64,000 nt of DNA from Epiperipatus broadwayi (lineage: Eukaryota > Animalia > Onychophora), in the NCBI GenBank assembly GCA_028023455.1, contig JAQFVV010000001.1, positions 2,604,001-2,668,000 on the forward strand, in the 5' to 3' direction. This document shows positions 54,201 through 64,000 of this stretch, one piece after another (position 1 is the stretch's first letter; the number at the start of each line of letters is the position of its first letter). The notes beneath the pieces were generated by a model. The model did no database searches. It had not been told where the DNA came from and saw nothing but the letters and a program-made list of their open reading frames with translations. Made by a program: the position numbers and the translations under genes.

Positions 54201-56940
54201 AAGCTCTATCATGGTGCAACTTTGTAAAGCAAAATTAGGTGCTTTGTCTTTCCATGAACACATCAGGTGAGTGATTTTTGATTTATAGTTTGTTTCCTGT
54301 TCTTCATTGTCATTTTGGTCTCTTGAGGTGAAGAACATGGCCTCAAATACCATTCTTGTTTGGTTTCTGTTGGATTTTGGGTATGTGGTTGTTGCACCCT
54401 GGTATTGGGGATTTCCCTGGGCTATTGGGGTGGGGGTGTCCTGGTTTTACCATTGTTATTTCAGTCTTTGTTGGGTGATCAGGTGCATGGTAAATTTCAC
54501 TATAGTGATTTCCCCTTCCAATGGCTGGTATCATTATTATTTTTCATTCTCTTATATAATATGGCCTTAACAGCTGCCTCTTCCTTTCTCTTTTCAGGTG
54601 CTCTGGTGGACATGTTATTGTTGTTCAAATCAATACTGATTAATAACTCAGCCACCTGATCGTGCTTTTAGCATTCATACATGAAAGTGATTGTTCAATC
54701 TTAAGGGATAAATTTTCCCTTTTAATTATCCTAATTCTCTCATTTTTATTCAGGTGGTATGTGTTCAATGTTCTTTGTTTAGTGACTTGGTGATGAAAAA
54801 TTTGGTTAATGTTTCTCTTGGCATTGGCTGATATTTTTCTTGAAACAGCTGGTCAAGCAGGGCTTTTTGCTTGACTCTATTCCAGAAATTTTTTATCAAT
54901 AGTGTCTGATAATTATTATAGATGATTCCCACCATACCAATGCATCTCCCTGGAGGTGGCTGTATGTGATGATTAACTTTTTCTACCATCTGAAAAATTG
55001 CAGTTTACAGAGAAATAAAGATTGACTTCTAAGGTGTTCTATAAGGGCTTCATTGGTGGATCCTTTGAATACTTTAAGCCTTATAAATTGGTTGATCACA
55101 CTGATCTGTGTTGTATGATTAGGCATCTTGCTCCTCTCCATGGTATTTTGTTGTGAGGTTGACATTTTGTTGTCAGGGTTGACTTGATAGGTACTTGGAA
55201 TTATTCCTTCCAAATTAAAATTGAGAGGATAATCTTCCATCTTGGGCATTGTTTGACATGAGAGAGTGAAACCCCATGTAGGGATTATTCATTCTATGAA
55301 GATCTTTGATAGAAAATCTCCAGGTTGGTCACCATGTCATTCCATTTCTCTTTACTATTCTGGGTTCTTTGGTCCACCTCAGTCTGCCACATTCCAATAG
55401 CTTGTGCCTTTTGGCAGAGCTGGGACTTAATCATCAAGAGTCTTTGGCTGATGGCTTCATCCATCCAGCCAATCTGATTATGTGTCTCATTCATATTTTT
55501 CACCACTTTCTTCAGAGTTTCCTTGTCCAAGATCATTTTGGTTTCTGCTGAGGCTATCTTGTCCTTGAGACATTTTATATTATGGTCCAGGATCTAATAT
55601 CCTGTCACACATTGCTGTCATGATATTTGTCATGCACAGTTAGGCTGTCTTCGAATGGATGTCCTGGAATTTCTTTCTGGACCTCATCTTGGAGTTTCTC
55701 TTTGTTTACATGTACTTTGTCCCTACTTTGCCCCTAAAAGTCTACTGGCTTCTGTACACTTCATTACACTTAGTGTTTAATTGACTATCAATGCTACACT
55801 TAAATTCCTCAAATTGCCATTGGCATTTTGCATCCTTCATTTCTTTTCTCATTTCTCCTAATGCTTGCTTCAACTTTGGACATTGCTTAGGTTTATTGAG
55901 AACTGGTCCATGTCAGTAAATAGTCTAGTTTCTACATCATTTATTTTTATCTTTAAATCTGCCCTTATATTATTCATATTCATCTTCAAGTTCTTCTCTC
56001 TACTGATCATGTTAGGGCTCATCTCTTCTTTCATACTACTCATCATCTCTTAGGTTGCTCATGTTACTATCCATTTCTTTTTGTATACTGTTCATTTCTC
56101 CCATTCTCTGATTCATTTCAATGTCACTTGGAACATTCATTCTATAATCATCTTATTTCCAGTAGCCTGTGCTACTTCAATTTAGGATATTTGAGCCATC
56201 TCATTGTCAAGTGCTTTTTGTGTTTGAGGTGTCAATCAGTCTGTGATGCAGATTGTGGAGGATTGCAAATTTTGGCCTAAGTCCCCCAGATATTTGAGTA
56301 CATGAAGACCCTTCCTCACTGCTAATAGCAGAATCTTCTACTTCACTATCACTATTACTTTGTGTTCCTTCAAAATGTTTTATGTCCATGCTAAATAATT
56401 GTTTTCCATTCTTGATTATCATTAAATTTCTTTTCAATATTTGCATATAGAGTTAATTCTTTTAGAGATACAAATGAATATATGCCATAAGGTCTTCTGT
56501 CACTCCTTGCCATTTAGTGCTTATGTTTAACTTCTCATTTTTTCTGTGTATGTTGTTTTTAAAACCTACTCTTTAGCCTATCCATTTATTTGCCTAACTC
56601 ATTTATTTTAATTTGGTTTATTAAGTAATTATTTATTTATTGATCCCAGTTTATTATTTGACTCTCATTAGTTAACTTGCATTCAACATTTCATATGAGG
56701 TGTTCTCTTTTTGATATGTTCAATTGAAAATGGTTTTAGTTCAAAAGACTCCCTCTTTTATGGGGTTAGGTGTATCAATTGATTGCTATCCAGGTAAATT
56801 GATCAGGATTGTGTATTATGGAAAATTGACAAATGAATAAGTTCAAAGAAACAACAACAAAAAAAATTTTTTTTTGATTTATGATTCCATTTCAATGGCT
56901 GAAACTTCATGTTTCATGCCCCTAAAGTTTGGGAACCAGA
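51225..56940 (-). mobile_element. Ty3/gypsy LTR retrotransposon B, internal region (gag-PR-RT-RNase H-IN), decayed
   Basis: gag fragments 56446-54765 (KNFWNRVKQKALLDQLFQEKY); protease KALLDSDSQISVV ~54140-54185; RT LTSSY*QI, WMPFGL, YVDN at 53204-53215; RNase H VQTDSSGYGLG, VITNHKSL; integrase C-terminal part GWVKQMECVVSYI..ELTGFMPIKLHF in ORF 51265-51729; purine-rich PPT-like tract ~51220-51235. Confidence 0.93.
56926..56938 (-). promoter_or_regulatory. Candidate primer-binding site complementary to a tRNA-Glu 3' end
   Basis: Minus strand: LTR end TGTTACA, 2-nt spacer, TGGTTCCCAAACT; eukaryotic tRNA-Glu ends in GGGAA-CCA. Confidence 0.6.
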
Positions 56941-57627
56941 TGTAACAGGCTAGATCTTTATCACAAGAGATGGGGGAACACATCTCACTATAGTCAGACC
57001 TAGGGTCTTCTGGTAGAATGTTATCGATTATGCAAATGGAGTACCTAACCTATGGTCATATCTACCTCCAATGGCTAGCTCTGTATTTGTACATTAAATT
57101 TAAATACAATTTGGGATAGTTCATCCCTATCTCACTCTTTCTTTGGGCTCTATTATGCCTCAGTATTCAAACTCAGAGAAAAATATGCCTTCAGTTTACA
57201 CTATATCACAACTATCACACCTTTGCATCCATCTAAACATATCTTGATCTTATTATATGAGTGAGATGTGTGTGTATACATATCCTCGGTTATCAGTTGA
57301 TGAGTGAATTCATAGATAATTTTGATAAATTAGAGAGCAGTCAAAAATGAATAAATTTGACATTTATTAAATAACAAAACAAAAATTTTAAATTTTTTTA
57401 ACAAAATAACACAGTAATAATTGTGTGTGTCAAGGATGGATTTCTACCATATCAACAAGTGAATATACTGACTATTTCAAACCCTTACCTCATGGAAGAA
57501 ATGCATAACATGGCACTAATTATTTATAAAGCCAAAATTAAAAAAAAGATTTTATTATTATTAACTCGACCACAAAGGTAACTAGCTAATTTAAAATATT
57601 GGGCTGATACATTTGTGGTAGTCTCAT

Positions 57628-57730
57628 TATCTAATCCAAATTAGCAATGTCCAATCTTCTTGGGGATTCCCCTAACTATTTATCCAATCCAAATTAGCAA
57701 TGTCCAATTTTCTTGGGGATCCCTCTATCT
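57628..57730 (+). repeat. 53-bp tandem duplication
   Basis: AATCCAAATTAGCAATGTCCAAT(C/T)TTCTTGGGGAT at 57633 and 57686. Confidence 0.92.
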
Positions 57731-58166
57731 ATGTATAGTTTTCTATGGGATTAGTCATTTATGCCAAAAAAACAAACATAAATTATTATTAGTTAAAAAA
57801 CAAATGACATGAACTCTGTCCTGTAATAAGTGTAGGTACATAATATAGAATAATCTTAAAGATCTGACTTTATCCCATATCATGATGATCAATGTCAAGT
57901 CACTATGAAGGGAAAGCTAATTTAAACTTCATTTGACATAAAAAATAATTATCTGGCTTAATGATCCCCCCCACTCATTTTAATGTTTTCACTTACAATG
58001 GACTCTTCCAAATTGTAGACACTTACACTTTCATGTGTGGAAATTATTTAAATAAACATTTTTTTACAAATACATGTCTAACAAGAATATATAATAAAAC
58101 CAATGCTTTCATTAAATTATTTGGTTAATGTTCATGAATTTGGCAGTAATATCCTTCATGGATACA

Positions 58167-58231
58167 GTCCATTCCTTTTTTGAATCACTCTCCTTGGTCC
58201 ATTCCTTTTTTGAATAACTCTCCTTGGTTCA
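58167..58231 (+). repeat. 30-bp tandem duplication
   Basis: GTCCATTCCTTTTTTGAAT(C/A)ACTCTCCTTG twice. Confidence 0.95.
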
Positions 58232-59454
58232 TATCTGTTACTCATTGGAATTCCTATGCAATATGCTTGAAATAATCATACATCCATTATCTGCAATTGC
58301 TCTTGTTCATGTATATTTAGTGTAGGACAATTGGGTTTCTTTATGCATTACAAGAGTAAGTAGGTTAATTCATTGCATTTCCAGGGTTAGAATAGTGGGG
58401 CTCAGTCCTACGGCACTCTTAATTTATCCAGAATACATTGCACAGCAGTTTATAATGGATTTAATTTTCTTTTATTTGCAATTTGGTATCCAAAGGCTTT
58501 AAAAAAAAATTTTTTTTTTCTTCATCTTTTTGTTTTAGTGTTGCCGATGTTCTATTTCTTTCTTATTCATGTTCAAATAATAATGCAGTTTCTCCAATAT
58601 CAATTTAAAAATAGTTCATTTATTTTATTAAACTCCACAAACTTATCAAACTTTTTTTTAATTCAAATGTCAGTTTTAATTTCTTATAGTTTTGTGCTAA
58701 GAAACTTATATGAATAATTCAGAGTATTCGAACAAATCATCCATTTTCCTTCACATTCTAACATTTGGTCTCAGGATGTTGGCTTTATTTAGCTAATGCA
58801 TTATTTTAAAAAATAATAAAAGATGATGGAAATGAACTGGATTTGCATTTATATCAAGCTTAGTTTCTGGTGTTTGGTATACTAGCTTTTCAATTTCCTT
58901 TGACATTGCCATTCCTTTGACATTACCATAGCTGTCTATTGCTGCATAATTTATATTGGTTGTAGTTAATAAAAAAAATATAAAATTACTTACTAGAATT
59001 CTAATTTTATTTGCCACACTTGTTTGGCTAGTGATTGGCTTGACATTGGGTCATTACTATGTTTATTCAGTATCTGTTTCAATTCATGATCTATAATACA
59101 TTGGTAATTAGTCTATTGTTAGTATATATATATATATATATGTCCACAGATATATCTAGATAATTTTTGTTTATCATATATATATATATATATATAAATT
59201 ATTTCTTTAAATGGGATTCTACTTTTTATTAAGTAAGGAAAATTAGTACATTGAGACATTTATTTAGTTTGATATTTAACTGAGCAAACATTCATCATAT
59301 ATATATATGTGTGTGTGTGTGTGTAAGCTTAAGAGAAAGGACAGTACATATTCAACCACCTATTAGTTAAACTGATGTTTTGAATGGTTTGGTTTGGTGG
59401 TGTGGACAAATATAAACTAGTTTTGATATGATTGTTAGCTACCCTTACAATATA

Positions 59455-59950
59455 AAACAAACTCTTATGAAAAATGGTTATCCATCAGCTATTATTAAGA
59501 AAACCTTAAATAGACAACAAAAAGAACCATCAAAAGAGAAATAATTATTGGTATGATAGTATATCTGCACCTACCAAAAATAGCAAACAAATTAAGAAAA
59601 ATCTGCAATTAATATAACATTAGAATTGCATAAAGAATATAAAACAACATTGGTGTACACAAAAAAAGTAAAATGAAGAGATGAAATGCATTTTATCATT
59701 GATACAGATAGCTTACAATTTTTAGTTTTAGATAGACAAGAAGCCAATTGCTATGATCACAAATACATATCCACCTTCTGGAAATGATTTGTTTTGTATC
59801 TTTTATTAGTATGAATATTTTTCTTATAGACACCTTGAGATTTGTTAACTTTTGGGGTACAAGATAAAAATGAAGAATTCTTATGCAAATAGTTTTGGAG
59901 ATTCTGAAGCTATGGATTATCTCAGGTAAGAAGTATTATATATGATTTGA
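59455..59950 (+). mobile_element. Penelope-like linker and GIY-YIG fragment, directly abutting the gypsy-B LTR
   Basis: TLMKNGYPSAIIKK, LPKIANKLRKICN*YNIRI, NCYDHKYIST. Confidence 0.6.
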
Positions 59951-61949
59951 ATGAGAATTTTGTGAGGAATACAAAGAAATTATCAATGAAGATGTAATTT
60001 AAACTTAATTAATGATAAATTAGAAATTATGAACAAACAATAAAGTAATAATTATTTTGGATGTTGAAATTTTTTTTTTCCATATTTTTTTAAATGGTAA
60101 TCACTATTTGTCTTAGCCTTATTGTTTTTCCTTAGTTTTTCTAGTTTTTATCAATGTAAAGCTTTTTGCTCTAACATTATTAAAACTGAAGTTATTGTGA
60201 AAATTGTCTCTTAAGTAAGTTTTTTTTTAAATTCAATATGATACCAGGACCATTTTGAAACAGTACCATTTTAAAACAAGAGATCAAGCCTTGATTTCAT
60301 TTGATATGTATTCAGCTACATGATACCTTTCTGTTATATCTTACCTTATCTTCAAATAATGAATTAGTCCAGATTCCATCTTATCTTGATTAGATTGAGC
60401 ATTCATCATTACTAACCAATGGGCATACAAATAGATAACATAGTCCAATGGGAAGAATAGGCCCCAATAGGTGATAAATGTTCCTTGAATACAATTGCTC
60501 TCATTATAGATGGAGATCTGGCCATAAATAGTCAATCCATTTGGAGATGAGGTCAGCCAACAACTGTCAAAGATGAATGGCAATATACACATTGTCCATT
60601 ACATCATTCAGCAGTAGACAAGTTTATTGTAGAACTGGAAGCCACTAGACATAAACTAGACATAACACATGCTGTCACAGAAGCAAACTGTCATGGTATA
60701 GCTGGAAATGGTAGGTAGGTAAGCTTAGAAGAATACCTGAAATTCCTTAAAAAATAATTACATACCAACTAAGTGCTATACCAAGCCAACAGTATTAGGT
60801 GAATGTATAGAACATTATATATGTTGTAAATACGCATTTTTATATTTGTTTAATAAATATTAATCATATTTTAAGAGTTTGTGTTTATATATAAATCATA
60901 CATTAAACGCAATATTCTCATTACCTAAAATTTGTAATGAAGGATTAAACAGTCCTGTATCTACCATACATTCGCTTATAGTAACGACCATGCTGTGTAA
61001 TTATATAAATTTGTACAAAATTTAAAACATGTATAATCATAAATAATTTTGGCTTGTTTTAACGTGTAACCTACTATTGTATACATTATTTTTTGACTTT
61101 AATAAATAAAATTAAGCTATAAGTAATATATTTAAATTTTATTATAATTTAAAACATTGTATATATAAATCAAAATATAGATTTAAAATTAAAAAAACAT
61201 CATGTAAAACTAAATAATATAATAAATAATTTAATTATTCTAAGTAACTTAAAACAATTGAATTCTATTGTTCTAACAGTGTCTATTAGTTAAGCTAATA
61301 ACTTTTATCTTTTCTTTATAATAAATAAAAGTTTAGTAGTAATGAATGTAAACTGTAATAAACCTTATAATGAATATTTAAATACTGGGTCCGTTTCTCT
61401 CTGTGTGTATATATTAAATATATTCACAGCTACGCATATGTGTATATATATATATGTAGTCACACATAATTACAGAAACGTGATAGTGTGTATCCAAGAC
61501 AAGATAGGAGACAACAGGTCTGTAAATTGGTTATTAGATTTTAGGTTAGCCACATGTAAATATTTTTAATTAGTGTTTTTTAGAAAGTTGATATCTTTTC
61601 TTTGATTTCAAGTTCTATGAGATGATGTGCTTGATAAGTCGCCACATCCTCAAATGATTCATTTTATTCCACTGAAATGATGCTAATAATTTACTCATTT
61701 AAATTATTAATGTAAATTAAATAGTAATATCTCACTCAGTGAATTTTGGACCGAAAACTAATCAAATTATTTAAATTTATTTTTATTTTAGTAACTTTTA
61801 ACCTAGAAAATTGTTTGTGTGATTAATATTTTTTTTAAATGATGTTCAATTTTTTTTGGCTATTTAAGAATTTTTCAATTTGGAAATAATATTACTATAA
61901 AGTTTATTATAATTTACATATACACAATGAAAATGTAGCTGCAGCAGTC

Positions 61950-62170
61950 GTTTGCAAACAATTGCTGCTCAAACATTTGTAGTAAAAAAAAAAAAAAAGA
62001 TAGATAATAACAATAAACTAAAGATAACTTGCGATGACTATACAAACAAGCCCGTGAAATACAAATATGTCCACATATAGAACACATCTGTCTATTCTGT
62101 TTGATATTTTGCAATGCTGCAGTAAATCGTTTTTTTTCTGAAAAACTTCAACATCATGTCAAATTTTTCT
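61950..62170 (-). mobile_element. 3' end of an RTE-like LINE with a C-terminal C2H2-type zinc finger
   Basis: VEVFQKKKR...CSICGHICISRACLYSHRK, matching the RTE/BovB-type C..CGR.C.SRIGL.SH.R motif. Confidence 0.6.
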
Positions 62171-62176
62171 CTAGTA

Positions 62177-64000
62177 CAGTGATTCTTAACTTTTTTGTTT
62201 CGTGCGGCTCTCTTTCAAATTTAAAAAATTTCCAATGACCTTTACCATCGATATACAAAAAAATATTAAAACAAAATTGTATGAAGTCTATGCTGTATCA
62301 TATAAATCTAATAAACTATCTTTGAAAAAATATGTGCAAATAATCACAAGAACTAAAAATTTAATAAAAATGACTGTAGTTACAACATTGTAAAAAAATT
62401 TAAAAAAGGAAAAAAAAAATCAATATTAATAACATTATTAATAATACATTAAAATTAAATTTAGTGCCTATTTAGGCACAATAAATATAATCTTCAATTC
62501 AATTTTTGTCATTACAGGTCTCATAGCATTTTCAATATTTGTAGGACAATTGTGCTGTTTAGTTTTTATGTTTACCATTACTGAAAACACAATTTTACAC
62601 AAATAAGTATTAGCAAATGGCAAAAGAATTGCTATTACCAATTCAAACAATAATAGATATTCTGTTTTTATTATGAGCCAAAAAGAATTTATTGATTGTT
62701 TACTAAACTCATTTTTAAATCTCAAATTCTTCTTGGGTATTTATAGAAAAAGTTCCTTTCTATTAAAAATGGATTTTGAACCCAAGTGAACAGTTTTATA
62801 TTTAAATCAGATCAATAATATCTATAAAAAAAATTGTGTAAATATGACAAATGATCATTTATGCTTTTCTTAATCAAATTATTCATTTATGCTTTTCTTA
62901 ATTAAATTATTATCCAAATTATTTTCATTAATAAAATTATTTGTACTTGAAACCATTTCGAATGTGCCATTCTCCACACTTGACTTTCATATGGTTATCT
63001 TTTTCCTAAATAAATGAATTTTACCATGCAAAATTAAAATGTTTGTATTTCCACCTTGAAGAGACATGTTTAGTTCGTTTAATTTATCAAATATATCAGA
63101 CAAATAACACATTTTACGAACTCAAGTTTTATTGTGAAAGAGATTAGAAAGATGATTTTTTTTTCTGATAAAAATATAATAATGTCATCTTTCAGCTATA
63201 CTAGTCATTTTAAAGCTCATTCCTTCAATAACCACCTAACTTCTGTAAGTAATAAGACTTGTTGATAATCTGCCTCCTTCAGTGCACAACATTTATAAAA
63301 TTGATAATCTTTATGGCATTGAGATTTGTAGATAGATTTTTAGCTACTAATGCTTCAAGATGGATTATACAAAGACTAATATCCATTTTCTCATTTTTAT
63401 AATTTAACTTTTGCTAAAAATTCTACATGCTGACCTTTCATCACTGCTACACTATCAGTACCTACATCAATACAGTTGTTCCAATTCAGTCCTTCTTCCT
63501 TGAAAAAATCATTTACTTTAAAAAAAATATCTTCACCTGTAGTATGACAGTTCATTGGCTGACAAAACAGTAAATATTCATGTATATTACCATCATAACA
63601 GTATCTAACATTCACTAAGAGTTGAGGCAAATTTATAATGTCTTTTAACTCATCCAGATGAATTGAAAATTTGGGGCTTTCTTTGAATGTCTGAATAAGT
63701 TGCTGAAATTAGTCATTGATAATTTCTGAAATTCTTTTAGTTATTGTAACATTAGAAAGAGCAATTTTCTTTAATTCATTTGCATACTTTTTTACATGTA
63801 TAATTCTTGTTGTTTGTTTTGCAATAGGTAAAACTAGTTCTTCCTTGATTGTATATGATTTTTTAGATTTTGATATTAAATATGATGCTTGGTGAGATGT
63901 CAGCATGTATTTTTTCTGAACAGTAAATTTTTTTTTAATAAACTTGTACATTGATTTAATAAATTTAATAGTCTTTGAAAATATTTTCTAGGCTTTCTTG
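62177..64000 (-). mobile_element. hAT (Buster/Charlie-like) DNA transposon, decayed transposase, runs off the right edge
   Basis: TIR-like CAGTGATTCTTAAC at 62177 preceded by CTCTAGTA (nnnTAnnn Buster-type target); ORFs LTSHQASYLISKSKKSYTIKEELVLP..IALSNVTITKRISEI and EYLLFCQPMNCHTTGEDIF..LNWNNCIDVGTDSVAVMKG; 28-bp tandem duplication at ~62855-62910. Confidence 0.92.

Larger units (their letters stand above)
56941..59449 (-). mobile_element. 5' LTR of gypsy B containing a ~1.35-kb secondary insertion (~57050-58390)
   Basis: TGTAACA at 56941 next to the PBS; CTTACA|ATAT at 59449; colinear with the solo LTR at 22486-25200 except for the insertion. Confidence 0.7.

Noticed and set aside
57628-58231. 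Short direct repeats as possible CRISPR-like arrays
   Set aside because: Two-unit head-to-tail duplications with no spacers, in eukaryotic TE sequence.
58793-59017. ORF resembling a signal-peptide-bearing small protein (MANKIRILVSNFIFFLLTTT...)
   Set aside because: Lies in LTR sequence; the frame depends on a local duplication and is not kept in the homologous LTR at ~23000-23200.
59830-59925. 96-nt block with strong acceptor and donor and an ATG (MKNSYANSFGDSEAMDYL)
   Set aside because: Directly continues a Penelope-like GIY-YIG relic and no compatible downstream exon was found; cryptic sites are more likely.
60341-60720. 83-aa minus-strand ORF with a GTAAG donor; plus strand weakly like a LINE APE domain
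   Set aside because: Neither reading has diagnostic residues; too degraded to call.

Overview
AT-rich (roughly 25-30% GC by eye) animal nuclear DNA with no recognisable intact host gene; essentially a graveyard of transposable elements. It holds an RTE LINE split into two inverted halves (1-1823) and two decayed minus-strand Ty3/gypsy elements of related lineage (~4.4-7.0 kb; ~51.2-59.4 kb, the latter with a candidate tRNA-Glu PBS and 5' LTR). Three LTRs cluster or nest in (TA)n tracts at 22.5-28 kb. Also present: an L1/Tx1-like ORF2 fragment, several Penelope-like (PLE) RT/GIY-YIG relics, two tRNA-Gly-derived retrocopies, a Buster-type hAT transposon running off the right end, and many microsatellites. 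The most striking unexplained structure is a hammerhead-ribozyme (HHR) repeat family present seven times, always as head-to-head fold-back pairs (12.6-13.1, 34.2-34.8, 49.2-50.3 kb). Reciprocal CpG decay in these copies reconstructs a canonical minimal type I HHR with a palindromic helix III. At least four further, unrelated and more degenerate HHR-like motifs occur elsewhere. All assignments come from motif recognition and manual alignment; no database searches were run, and boundaries are approximate unless anchored by a quoted motif.
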